Shown one piece after another: positions 38,500 through 51,533 of a DNA stretch of 64,000 nt. Positions within the stretch are counted from its first letter, which is position 1; every line of letters begins with the position of its first letter. The notes beneath the pieces are model-generated. The model had not been told where the DNA came from. It made no database searches and saw nothing but the letters and a program-made list of their open reading frames with translations. The position numbers and the translations under genes are program-made. The stretch spans positions 868,001 to 932,000 of the forward strand of contig OZ037841.1 in the NCBI GenBank assembly GCA_964035575.1, written 5' to 3'. The stretch comes from Rhynchopus sp. YZ270_cl-10. Lineage: Eukaryota.

Positions 38500-39660
38500 A
38501 CACTGAGGGGATCCCAATAAAACTGATGTCGTATCGCTCGAAACGAAGCCCTCAACTTCTCCCGCTGAATGTGGCAGCTTGCTTCGGCACCTCAGACTTT
38601 CCAAACGCTTTGATGAGTGCGGTTACTCGGGCAGGGTTCTCCTGGAGACGGCGGTCAGTATGGAGTTCAAGGTACTTATTTATCATGTTGTAATAGGCCC
38701 ACATTGACGATGTCGCATGTCCCTTGACGTCCCGTAGGTGCTTGCTAAAGTACAGCATCACATGCTCCTCTTGGGTATTTGTTGCCTTTTTTGCGGTGGC
38801 TTTTTTGTGTGCCGCTTTGTGTCCCTTAGTGTCGAGGTGGTTACTTACCGCATGAGGAGTTGCACTGGATGACCTTCTGGCATAATGTGCAGTACATCAC
38901 AGAATCTTCCAAAGCCAGGTTCAGTTTTAATCTCAGCCTTTCGGGAAGGGTTGTGGCCTTCCTTACCTGGTTATTTTTTTGTCAAGCATAACCTCGCTCC
39001 CATTTCAAACGCATACCTCGAGGCCAGCTTCCTCGTAACCGTATTACTCGCTAGACGCCTGCCAACGCTTTTCTGGAGTCGTTTTCGTAAGTTCTAAAAT
39101 CCTGCAGAACAGAAACGATGAAGAGTTGAAAGACAACTAGAAAATAAAATTTTCAACAATGGGGCGTTCCCAATTTCCGATTTTTTTTCTCTCGGATTTG
39201 CGAATTTCTGTGTGTCTATGTTCATGACTTTCGAATATTTCTTTTTTTTTTTTTTTTTTTTGATTTTTTTCCACAATTCTGTGAATATTCATGAGAGAAT
39301 GAACGTGCGAACGATTTCTGGGGAAGTGAGAGTGCTTGGAGTTGGGTTGAGAACGAACGTTGATGAAAGCACAGCAGGGTTTCCATCCGAGGGTTTCCGT
39401 CGTGTCATGGTGCTTGAGTTTGTTCCATGTCAGAACGTGGTTCTATCTTAAAGTAAATAGTCTTAGATTACATGCGCCCGGTGACGGTGTCGTCGTAGAT
39501 TTGGAGCATCTTGTCTTTAGATGTTGGCATTGTATTTCTGTTCTTTGTTGGTTTGTTATTTGGGGGGATGAATGTAAAGTACTTTGCACCGTGAAAGTCT
39601 TTATTTCACTCCGTACATTTTCCGTACAAAATGGCCTGAACTTTATTTCACCAGATAAAG
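38500..39660 (-). pseudogene. Degenerate relic of a second tyrosine-recombinase element
   Basis: ORF 38552-38761 (SMWAYYNMINKYLELHTDRRLQENPARVTALIK..PKQAATF) aligns with SLWVLFSKVNTHFQILYGERLQETAPNLKHYLN..PRKALPF of the 56-kb recombinase; 39599-39655 resembles 57165-57214. Confidence 0.6.
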
Positions 39661-39736
39661 CTAACATCCAACAAAATCACGACTATGTTGCACACATTAC
39701 TCACAAACCACTGCAAAAGGCTTAACACACTATACA

Positions 39737-42700
39737 ATGGCTGACGAGGCTGCTGCGGCGCTGAAGATTCAGGCCATCATGAGAGGGCGCATGTCGCGCC
39801 GTGAGTCAGATGCTCTTAAAGACGAGCAGGCCGCAGGCACCGAGGCCGTCCCCGCAGAGCAGCACGGACAGCGCCAGGCCTCGACCACACCGACACTCAG
39901 ACGCGGGGTCAACGACGTGTGTACCTTTTTTATTTTTTTGTGAACAAAATTGTTGGAATAATGTAGTTGCTACCTGTGCAAGCTCCACTGTAGTGTTTTA
40001 TTAGTTTTATATTTTTTTTTTTCATGATTTCATGAAAAACTACTATGATTTCAGTCTTATCAGAAAGAACATAGTCACCAACGATTAAATCTGCCTTTTT
40101 ACGATCCCTTCCCTCCTAAGGCAAAGAACTGCGATTTTCAAAAATCTCACAAAAAGAATGTGAAAAAAAAATCACAAAATAACAACCAACAGAAAAAGTC
40201 CAAGGCACCCCACGACCTGAGCCAGGTGGACGCCCAGTACAGCAACGTATGCCCACCCCTCTATCACAACCCTCCAGTACAACAGAGAGAACCAACCCTT
40301 TTTTAAAACTGTGTAAGGTGACTAAGCACGAGAGGCTTAGGATCATCTTACAAACCTTTCTTTTTCCCCTTTTTCTTTTTACCATCCTCTTTGTGATATT
40401 TCATTGTTGGGTTCCTTTTACATCTTCTGTTGACATTGAAACTCGTTCTTCCGGATTTTCTCATCTGATGTGGCCCCGCGCTGGTTGTCACGGTCATAGA
40501 GTTTTCCTCATGCAGTAGATTGCGTGATTGGTGAAATGAAATCATGTATCTCGGTTCTGGATGGTGCCAATAAATTACATATTTACAACGACGAAATATT
40601 TCATTCAAACATCCCCTCACAGATCACCCAACGCGTGAAGGGTGTCGCCCGCCGTACGGACAACGAGAACCGCCTTTGGGAGGCGGTGGAGAAGCTGAAC
40701 GACCTGGGGCAGGTGCAGCGCGCACAGATCCAGCACCTTGTGAAGGGGCAGGGCCGCTTCCAGCATAAGTATGACTCTAAGGAGACGAAGATCATTGAGG
40801 AGAAGTTCATTGCGCTCAAGCGCAAAGAGACTGAGTCCCTGGAGATGCGCAAGCGTGAGTTCGAGAGGCTCATTGAAACCCACGCAGAGACAATGAACAC
40901 CGTGCGCACACAGCTGCTTGAGGTGGAGACAAAGAACCGCGACCTGGACCACAGCCTTGAGGACGAGATCCTCCAGAAGAAGCACGCAAAGGACGCATAC
41001 GTCGAGGTGCAGGGCTGGCTGGACGAGGCCAACAAGCAGATCAAAGGTCTCAACGATGAGATTGTTGCAGCAGAAGAGGCGAAGCGTGCGCTCGACGACT
41101 CGACACGTGACATGCACACAAAGATCGAGAACTTCCAGAACGACATCAGAGTGCGTGACGTCATGGTGCGTGACGAGACTGCCCGTGCAACACGTGCCAA
41201 GGATGAGCTCAACGATGCCAAGAGAGAACTGACCGAGGAGACCGACAACGTTCACGTATGCATTCTTTCTTAGGTGACTGAGCACGAGAGGCTTAGATTT
41301 ATGGTTCAGGATTTTTCCCCTCTTTTTTACCCCTTCCCAGTCAGGATGGGAAATGACTGTGTGCCTGCTTACAGTTTCTCTGTCAGCAACTCCCAAGTGC
41401 ACACTCCGGGTTCGATAACCCGCGTCTAATCAGCGCCTACGTCCCAGAGGCGTTTGCACTATCAACTTCACTATTTTCTCTTTCCGCTTTGCTGACGCCC
41501 GACTCTGTGGGTTAGGCTAGAGTAGACAAGATACCCCCTCCCGTTATGATTGTGTACAATGACTATGCACCTGCATGCAAACCTCCCCCTTGATAACCCT
41601 TCTTCCAACCCATACACAACAATTAATTGTCAAGAAACCCTGTACAAAGGCTTCTGCCTACACTGAGTACAGATTACTTTAAACCGGTAGGTGTAAAGTG
41701 ATTGTCGATACAACACAACACACCATATACCACAGCGTCTGGGTGACACGATCGACTCGAACCAGAAGGAAAGCGACGCAAGACACGCACGTGTCACCCT
41801 CGAGGTTGCACACCTGCGTGCGGAGCTGGAGGTGCTGATCGAGCGCACGAAGCGCTGGGAGGACTTCGACAAGCTGTGCCCTGACTACGACGGGCTCGTT
41901 CAGCAGCTTGAGGCGAAGGATGTTGTCATCCAGAAGGCAAAGCAGGTGTGTGCTGTTTGATATTAATATTTGCAATTTCTGCACAGAATAGTGCCCATGT
42001 GGGGGTAGGGGGTTTTAAGTTACTGCAGAAGACCTGGGATGTTGGGTTTGGCGACTGGGTCGTTCATGTTCATACCCCAGTGTGAAAATAGGTAAAAAAT
42101 GGGGGCCTTTAGGTGAGAGCGACGCCTGACCAGTGCAAACTTCTTTTTTTTTGGGGATAGATGATCATAAGTTGCATTCACTGCTAAAACTGTAAGGGTT
42201 CCTTTTCTTTCTTTTTTTGTTCACTGCTGTGTGGTGTTAAAGAAAATGAACAAACCTTTTCGCCCTGTTCACCACACCACCACCACCCAGATTGTCTGCG
42301 TCAAGCACAGCGACGAGATCTCCCTCCAAAAGAAGCTGCGCGTGGCCGAGAGCTCCGTGCAGGAGAAGGTCAAGGAACTCACAGAGTATGTCTTTCTCCT
42401 CTCTCTCCCCCTTTCTCGAAGGTGCACTGCGCACAGTGAGGCTCAAGGGTCCAGCTTACAACGCTTGTCTCCTCAGGTGGAAGCACGAGGGGCTTATATG
42501 CATAAAAAATTTTTTGTCGTTACGAAAAGGGTTTTTGTATTTCAAGTCAAATTTATTTTTATGACATGAGTATTGCTGGACAGTTGGCTGTATTTTTGTC
42601 GTCCAAAGTGTATTTGTCCAAAGCGTCAAATACCAAAAAAAAACCCAAATCCGCCAAACTCGCCAAACTCGCCAATGCTTTTGGTAGGCTCGACTGTAGT

Positions 42701-45131
42701 CTGGTTGCAATCAAACACATTACTTCCATCCTCCTCCCTCCACAGGCTCGAGGACACCCTTGAAACCATCGTCTCGCCCGAAGGCATTGATGTCGTGGGC
42801 ACAGTGTGCGTTGCGAAGACACTTGTCGCATGCTACCCGGACCCTTGCCCGATTGGACAGGACCTGCACCTTGTTGTGACCACCTGCGACAGCACAGGCC
42901 AACCGGTACGTGGCGTGCACAAGGAGGAGTTCAAGGTCTCGCAGGTCACCTTCCCACCGTCGGGTGGGTGCCAGAACGGGCAGGACTTCTTGATTGAGGA
43001 CGTGCTCAACCGGGACCGTGCGAGCAGCTGCTTCCACGCGTCGTACCAGACACCAGCGGAGGGTCGCAGCGGGTACAAGGTGGTGTTCCGTGGACACACC
43101 TTCCTCACCACATCGCACGTCCCCATCCCGTCGCCTGCATCCGTCGACGCCGCCGAGCAGGAAGAGCGCAAGCCACGTTTCACTGTCTCATGTGTCCCGA
43201 ACATCGTCGCAGTCGGTGAGACCATGGACGTCACCATCGTGGTGCGTGAGCCAGGCACGCTCCTCCCTGCACGCGAATGCATCATCCCGGTTGACCAGTT
43301 CAAGGTCACCGCCTACACCACAGCGCAGGGGCTCAAGCTTGTCAACGCACTCCAACAGATCAAGGGCACCCCCGTCTATCACACACGCGTTGCTGTGGAG
43401 GGAGTGACAGCGCAGGGGACTCCACGCGACTACATTGGTCTTGAGGTGATGCTGAAGGGAGGCACCGACGCTTCGCGTGGATCCTCGAAGTTGATTGCAG
43501 ACTCTCGCAATGACAAGGAGTGGGACCCCAACGCCACGACGGTCTTCTGCTCCCCCGACCCCGCTGTCGAAGGCGAGGAGGTCCGCGTCTACGTCACTGC
43601 CCGCAACAGCTACTGGGTGCCCCTTCCTACCGGCGCCGTCAACCCGGCACCGCTCCCTCAGTTCACTGCCAAGGGCAGCACCACGCTGGTCGAACAGCCG
43701 GAGCTTGCGGACGGACCTTCCCAGGTATTCGTTGGGCGTTTCATCCCTGCAGAGGCTGGACGCTCTGGTGTTTCGGTGACCATGGGAGGAGTGGAGATCG
43801 GAAGTGGCACCGTTCACGTCAGCCGCCCCGAAGCTGTGGACCCTTCCCGCACTGAGCTGAAGGTCTACCCGAGTGTTGTGCCTGCCGGGGAAACCATCCA
43901 CATTTCTTTGACAACCTGCGACGCAGATGGGCGGGCCACCCCCGGACCGGAGCCGACCGCCTTCCGTCTCACACCTCTGGGCACTGCGGGCACCCTGCTC
44001 CCCCTCCGCCGTGTCGATGGAAGCGAAAGCCTCTACGTGACAACCCTGCGCACCTCGAAGGAAAGCACGCACACCACCGCAGGAGTCACCGTCGACTTCG
44101 AAGGCAAAACGCTTGCAAAGAAGATCCGCGTTTCCGCAGAGCCTTTGGACATCCCCTCTGAGGTCACCCCTGCTGCGGATGAGGCACCTACCGTGCCGAA
44201 GTTCTGTGTGCGGTTCACTCAGGACCCGGTTGCGCCTGGAGACATCATCCCGATTATGATCTGCGTCAACAACGACGACCCCAACCAGGACCGTCGTCGT
44301 CGCGACATGAAGCTCCCAGAACTCCGCGCCATGGTGAACTGCGAGGTTGTGGAAATGGTGAAGCCGGTCCCTGGAGCGCGGTGCGTCTGGCGTGCCCTGG
44401 TGAAGATGGGCAGCCACTTCGGAAGCAGCAGTGCAGATGTCTTCGTCGACAACCGCACCTACTCCACCTCCACCACAGTCCTTGGCGACGGCGTCGAGGC
44501 CCTGGGCACCCAGATCAGCCGCCTCAAGACCCTGGAGGTCGGCCTGCGCGACGTCCTCCGTGAGGTGGAGGAGCGGAAACGCGATCTGGATGACCGTTCC
44601 CGTGCTCTCGATGAGCGTGATGCGGACATCAGAACCCGCGAGGAGGAGCTTGAGGAGCGTACCGCTGTGCGCCAGGTCGATGAGGTGCCACAGCACATTC
44701 TCTTCGGTCTGCACCTCTCTGATGGAATCCAATACGGCTACCAATGGGATGCGGTTGACGGAGCGAAGGTCGTTGAAGTGCTTGATGACGGCCCGATCGC
44801 TGCCCTGGAACAGAAGATTCAGCCCGGTGACGTGCTGAAGGAGGTGAAGTACACTGATGTGCACGGCTACATCCATACCTGCGCGGTGAGGCAGATGGAT
44901 GACTTCCGCCGTGTCGCTCGCATGCTGTCCAAGCCAGGACCGGCTCCCGATGTCACCCTCACCTTCTACCAGCCGCAGGAGGACGCCTTCCTTGCCGTGC
45001 GTGTCTGCCCCCAGTCCTCCCCTACCCCTCCAGGGCGGTCGGTCGGAACGGTGCGTCACCCGTGCCGTACGATGGATACATCCCTGTGCGCGATCTCCCC
45101 AGGACGCAGCAGCATTCGCAGCAGAAACTAA
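39737..45131 (+). CDS. IQ motif + coiled-coil + Ig-like repeats + C-terminal PDZ-like protein, 5 exons (~1167 aa)
   Basis: Exons 39737-39916, 40623-41255, 41736-41945, 42291-42385 and 42746-45131 join in frame through GT-AG introns. IQ motif KIQAIMRGRMSR; repeated beta-rich units (CxPDP..G..V.VT..D); PDZ-like FGLHLSDG..VVEVLDDGP..IQPGDVL. Confidence 0.85.
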
Positions 45132-46443
45132 ACGATTTTTCTTTTTTAAAAGAGCTGGTGTTACCGAAGTCCTAGGGGAATTGTTAGTATTGGTTTCGGG
45201 AACACCATGGGTTGAAAAAAAAAAGGTGGAGATGTGAGAGTTGCAAAAATCCCTGTTGTGTTGTTTGCGACTGTGTTCAGGTGTGTAATGGAAAAAAACA
45301 AAAGCCTGAACTAAACAAAAAAAAAGTTAACGTAACGGAGGGTGGGATTTTTTGAGTTTTTTTTTCTTTCGATACAAAAATAATTAAAAAAGGGGGGGCA
45401 ATAGTAGCCCAATATCGTGTTTTTTTGGATAACAGATGTCAAACCTCGAAATGGAATGTAGGACTGCATGGGTTGAGGGGTCCACCCACGGTGTTCTGGT
45501 CATGTACCAAAAGGTACACTGTCAACGAGAGGGCTTTTGTATTTCAAGTCAAAATTTGTTTTATATTATGAGACATAGCTCAGAGAGGCTAGGGTTCATA
45601 CTTGCAATTTTTTTTTTTTTTTTTTTTTTTTTTGTTTTGCTTTTTTTTTTTTTTTGCCTTTGAGATTTGTCTCCCCTTTTTACAAACCCGCTTCGCACAT
45701 TTTTTTTTCTCGACAAAGTTTCTTCTTTTGGAGCTTTTTTAAATTTTTTTTTTTCCTTTTCCTTTTTCTTCTTCATTGACACAAAATTTCGGTATGGAGC
45801 AGCGGGCAACCTTTTTTTACTCTTAGAAGCGATACACACAAGAAGTACAGTTCATCTTTTACGGGGGAAAAAAAATCTTTATTTTCCCGTTCTCTTTCTC
45901 TCATGCAAGCTGACTCGCTCCTTACGCGACAAACGCTGAACAGAGAGGAAAAGACGAACAAAAGGGTGTTTCAAAAGATTTTTTTTTAAAACCCTCTCTT
46001 CATCCGAAATTTAACCCCAAAAGAAAAAGGAGAGGGAAGAAAAAAAAAAAAAATAGGTCAAAGAAAGAAATGAGTGTTTGTGTGTTGAGGGTGTAAAAAG
46101 GGGGGACCTTTTTTTTTGTGTTTTCAAGATGCGCTTATCTTTGATTTACTCTTTTTTTCTCTTTTTTCGGACACATTAAAACAATCCATGTATCGAAGAA
46201 ATTGGCTAAGAATTACGTTGAGATATAGCCTTTACCCCCATTAGATGGGTGTTCGGTCCCTCTTTACTGTGTTCGTTTTGAGTGAGTTTATATCAGAGAG
46301 TCGTGTCACCCTTTTAAGTTTTTTTATTTTTGCTTTTTTTTTTTTGTGAAATTTTTCTCTTTATTTTTACGTTCAAAAAAATTTTTCCCTTATTTTCCTT
46401 TCATCCCCTGTTATGTGCCCATTCTTGAAGAAAAAAAACATAG

Positions 46444-46492
46444 TGTATAGTGGAGTTCATCCTCGGGTGTCTACACTAATACAAAACCAAGT
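46444..46492 (+). repeat. Dispersed short repeat families D/E/F
   Basis: D: gtggagytcatcctcgggtgtctacactaat at ~2695, 11082, 46444, 47341. E: ggtgtaaagcgattgtcgatacaac at ~3061, 12081, 41683. F: gggttcgataaccc at ~5559, 41408, 48240. Confidence 0.65.
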
Positions 46493-49400
46493 TTTCAAAA
46501 AAAAAACAAAAAAGGTATTTTTCCACTTTTTTTTTCTCGATTCGAATAACACACGGAGTGTCAAATTGCCTTTGCGTCCCCAAAAGTCGTTGCCCCTTTT
46601 GTCAACTTCACTTTTTTTTTTCGGTTCGTTTTCTGAACAAAACAAAAACAATAAAAGAAGGCCATTCATAATAGAAAAAACACAACAACGTTTCCGACCG
46701 TATACCCATTGTTGTTTTCCCCCCTCCCTCAAAGAAAGGATTTGAAAAGGTGACTTTAAGCACAGTGAAACTTAAGTTCACCTTACCAAATATCCCCCCT
46801 CCTTTTTTTATTTGCTTTCCCAAAATACCCACTTCTTGTCTTTTTTTTTTCTCTCTTTTTTTTCGTTTTGTAAATTCAAAAATCTGCAAAAAGGAAAAAG
46901 GAAAAAAAAATAGATATTACAGTACACTAATCCTCCCCAAAAAAAGAGTGAAAATATGTCAATGGTATCTCTGTTGCATTCAACCTATCTCAATACAAAA
47001 AAGAGTGGGCAGCTGGATTGATTGATATTTTTTTCAAAAAAAAAAAAAATTCAAAAAAAAAAACCCCCTGTGAGAAGAGAGGGTTGTAAGGCATGGGGAG
47101 AGAGCTGCCTCTTGTAACCAATATCTCTTTTTTTCTTTCTCTCTCTCTCTCTCTCCAACTCTCCCACCACTTCGCCGTGCGATAATTCTTGTCACCGATG
47201 GGTGCCAACAGGCCTAACGTTTTTTTTTTTTTCCAAAGGAAGAGTTCTTTTGTTTTGATTTTTGATTAAAATTTTATTTTTCGGAGCAAAATATTTTGCG
47301 CAGTAAAAACCCCCCCAAAAAAAAAACAAACAAACAGCTATAGTATAGTGGAGCTCATCGTCTACACTAATACAAAACCAAATTTTCACAACAAAAAAAA
47401 AAAAGCACACACAAACACAACACATGCCAAGGTAACTCTCGGGTTTTTCTTGGTGTGTTTTAACAATACCCCCTGAAAAAAAAAATGCTCTTTTATTCTT
47501 CCCCCCCACGAAAAAAAAGCTTTTTTTTTTTTACCTTGTTCTGTACACCCTCCATTATCTCCCCTCACCCAGTTTTAAAAAAAACCAAAAAAAAAAAAAA
47601 ACAAAACAAAAAACGCAAAGATACTGTGCAATGGCCTGTCTGAGAGGACATTACCCCTTTGAACAACGTTCTTTTTTTTTTTCCATTATTGTTTTGGTTT
47701 CATTTTTATTTTATTTCTCCCCCCCCATCCCCACGTTTGTCCTGACGTCTTTTCTTTTATACATTCTGAAAAAAAAGATATTCCTCACCCAAATTGCTTT
47801 GATGCATTTTTCCATTGACTAAGCACAGAGAGGCTTACGTTCATCTCATTACCTTTCTCTCTCGAGGCAGCTTTTTCCTTTCCAAAACCGGACCCTGCAT
47901 CACACAGACATTACTCTGGCCAATGATCCCCATTCATCTGGCTGATGAGTAGAAGCGGGTAGAGCATATCAGATGCAAACCACGAAATGGATGTAGGACT
48001 GCATGGGTTGGTGGTCCACCCGCAACCAGGCAATCCTATTGCGTCCCCAATGATCCCCGTTCATCTGAATTGATGAGCAAAAGGGAGTGGAGTATATCAC
48101 TTTCATCTAGGGCTGGCATCGTACAATGGGCCCGTCAGAGGTGTGCTTGCATGATCACACTATTCCTTCATTTATTACCTGCTTACAACATCCCTCCTGT
48201 TTTTTTTTTTTTCGTGTATGTCATATGAAGTGCTCTCTGGGGGTTTGATAACCCGTAGAGAATTATGTGCCTGCTATCACGCTTGATGAACGATAATGCG
48301 TTTTTTTTTTTTTTTTTGCATATTTCAACTTCTCTTTTACAAAAATAACTATTTATTGGCGTGAAATTATATTCTAGTAATTTCACGCTACCTGCACTGA
48401 AGGCACAAGTGCGTTTACTTTCCCGAGCGAATTTGGAATATAATTCACGCCCATATATTATTTTATTCAGCGTTTGAGGTCACCGTGCGCTGGTCAGAGG
48501 TCTGACCAGGTAATACCTGGTCAGATTTATGACCAGGTACACCTGGTCAGATCTGACCAGGTACACCTGGTCATGACCAGGTGTACCTGGTCAGATGACC
48601 AGGTACCTGGTCACATTTACCCAGGTAAGTACCCAGGCGCCCAGGTGACCAGGTACCCAGGTACCCAGGTCCAGGTCCAGGAACAGGTACCCAGGAACAA
48701 GAAAAAAGTCGTGAAAGAGCAACCACAGCTCCACATGACAAACACAAAAGTGTCCAGTCACGTGGGGCATTCATGCACTGAGGAGATAATGATCCAACAA
48801 TTTACAAGAAAGATTACTTAACCTACTGCTGGAAATTGCCAGGTCGTAGTAACACACAAAGTGTGCCTCCGTTCGGGAAGACCGGATATTCTAGAGACCA
48901 AAAAGGCCTCAAGAATATCTTCCGGTAGTCAAGGTAGAACCGAGTGAACGGCCCAAGACCCCCGTGGAGAAGTTAAATGTTGTAATGCTATCAGGTAGAA
49001 ACTGCGAACACTGTCTTACCCTCCTCAATGCATGGTGGTTGATGTCTTCCACAACAAATTTCCTGTACCCAGGTACCAGGTTCCCAGACCCACGCAGTAC
49101 CACGTCGCAGTACTACGCAAAATTTACCACCAGACCCTGTCTTCGTGCACCTGAAGTACAACGCCGCAGACAGGCCAAACATGCGTTGGACTCAGAGGAA
49201 TGCCCGCTGTGCAGGTATCAATGAGAACCAACTCCCAGCAACAAGGGGCGCCTTTTGGCGGGCGTTGTTGAGGGTGTTTGGGGTGCAAAGTTTTCCACAA
49301 TTTTGATGCGCGGGTACAGAAGTGTTGTCTTGTTCTTTCATCTCTAGGAAATGTAAATGTCAATCGCGTTTAACTACCACTAGGGCTTGTTCAGTGAACC

Positions 49401-50242
49401 CACAAGGGGTCGAAGGGGGTTGGTTATCCCATATCTATCAAAGGTTGTGTCGACCAGGCTAAACCACTATGTTACGCTGTACGTTGTTAAATCCGAAGAA
49501 ATAACACTTTAGGGCAGGCTCACTTTTGCCTGTGTTTATTGCTCGCGCGCGCGGAAAATTTTGAGAATTCCAAAAAAAAAAACATGGGAAAAAAAAAAAA
49601 CATTGTAGTAATAAAAGGTGTGAGGGAGAGAGTAGTGGGGCTTGAGGTGATTTTGTGCACCAAGTTCCTACAAAAATATTGTGAAATGTTTCAAAAAATG
49701 ATCGATGGGATTTATTTTTGTGAGGTTCCGGGAAACCCGCAAACAAATGGATTTTCCGAGTAGCAGCCAAATCGTCCACAAAATCGTCCAAAATAGTTAC
49801 ACCTCGTCCCGAGTTTTTGTCCGAGAATGCGATTACTAATTAGTTACTCCACTAAATAAATCGAGCAAAAATATGGTGAACTCAGCGGAGCCCGGTTTTA
49901 AAAGTGCCAAAAACGACCTTTTCGTTTTGACGCGTTGTGAGTTCCTCAAATGCAATTTTCAAGGGTAAAAAATTCGGGTTTTCTAAGCACATGCAGTGCT
50001 AAGTTAAAAAAAATCGCGAAAAAAAAATACAAAAATTTTGTGTTGGAAGCTCGGAACCCAGAAACGTCCAATGGTGAAGTTTTTTTCTGGTTTCGTTGCA
50101 CCCTGTATTTTTACTTAAAAATCAAGACAAAGTGATTTTTACCTGGATTTTTGCCTGTATTTTACTAGGGATTTTCCCTTAGTAAAATACAGGGGAATTA
50201 TCTAACACTCGGGACACTGGGGTTGAGCCTCTGGACACTGAC

Positions 50243-50845
50243 ATGTGGGATGGGGTTAAGCCTCTGGAGGACGCTGCGTTGTGGAGCTTTGGTCACCGGC
50301 GCAGTTCCGAAGTTACGGATTTGTTCGCCATGCAATTTGCCACTACGACAGCGTGTGGACTTTGCACGTACAATGGAGTAAAGTTTGGGACGTTTTACGA
50401 TTTTCAATTGCCTTTGTCAAAGCCAACTTTGATTGGAAACTTGGATGTTTATTTTGCATCCATTATGTGTGATTTCACGTGTTCTCAATGTAAACAAACA
50501 TCTTCCACAACTACACGTTGCACGAAGATCATGAGATTGCCGACAAATCTAATGATTCACCTTGGACGACATGAGGGTTATTACACTAAAAACAATATGG
50601 TGGTAGACGTGCCTTTCATGTTGGATATGAACCCATATAAACATGAGTGTTGCAATGGTAGTACAAATTATGAGCTGTACGGTGCTGTTATGCACAGGGG
50701 ACTGCTCAATAGCGGTCACTATTGGTCTGTTGTGAAGGCAGGCACACGGTGGTACATGTGCAATGACACAGATGTGTATCCCATCAGCCAAAAAGACTGC
50801 AATTTTACAAACGCGTATCTTCTTTTTTATCGGGCGTGTGGCTGA
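50243..50845 (+). pseudogene. Ubiquitin-specific protease (peptidase C19) fragment lacking the Cys box
   Basis: CxxC pairs, LPTNLMIHLGR, His box YELYGAVMHRG..SGHYWSVVK..WYMCND..V and AYLLFY; no N-terminal GNxCY box is visible upstream. Confidence 0.85.
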
Positions 50846-51533
50846 GTGTATTTTTAACTTTTTTTTTTGATATCAGTGAAATCATTGATTTTTTGTGCAC
50901 GCCGTCCCTTGTTTAAATCCTGTTCGTCAAGCAGCTGATGCTGCTCGACATTGTTTGTATAATCGTGTCTGAGTACGTGTGTTCAGTGTATCTTTAACTT
51001 TTTGTGTTGATGTTTTGACTCGAGCCTGAAGTAGCTAGAAACAAAAGACCCTCCCGCCCACCCACATGCGTTACTCGCTTATTTTTTGGTCCCAAAATCA
51101 TGGTTTTGGGGTCTCACATGTGTGTATGACCAAATTTTAGGTGGTCGAAAGTGGAGTCTGACCGCCTGTCCAAGTTATAGAAATGTCCTGTGAGGCCATT
51201 GCCGCAGGAATTTTGCATTTTTGACAATCAGAAATCATGTACCGACCATATTTTCCGCACAAACCCTGAAAATGGCCAAAGTGATATATAAATTGATACA
51301 CGCATTTTAATTGCGATTTAATTAATTGCAAAAAACCGTGAGTGTGCACGATGGCCCATGGACCACCACGTCCTAGTTACCACCTATGACTAGTCATATG
51401 ACAAGGTGTATGACCAGTTACATGACAAGACTAACTAACGACAAGACCCCTGTATGTAATGAGTGGCGTTAGGCCTTGTTATTTGACAGGGGTCTTGTCA
51501 TTATTCTACAGTAGATTGTGTCGTCCAAGACAA

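Noticed and set aside
43188..45059. 623-aa minus-strand ORF (also 17616-18893 and 40617-41402)
   Set aside because: Antisense shadows of GC-rich or repetitive + strand CDSs with no recognisable motifs.
47931..47993. Hammerhead-like core (cattca-TC..CTGATGA..GAAA-tggatg)
   Set aside because: Only 3 nt separate the putative cleavage site from CTGATGA, so stem I cannot form; stem II is weak and the neighbouring repeat lacks the core.
48909..49103. Possible decayed hAT C-terminal coding remnant on the - strand
   Set aside because: Resemblance is too weak to call by eye; it needs a frameshift-aware search.
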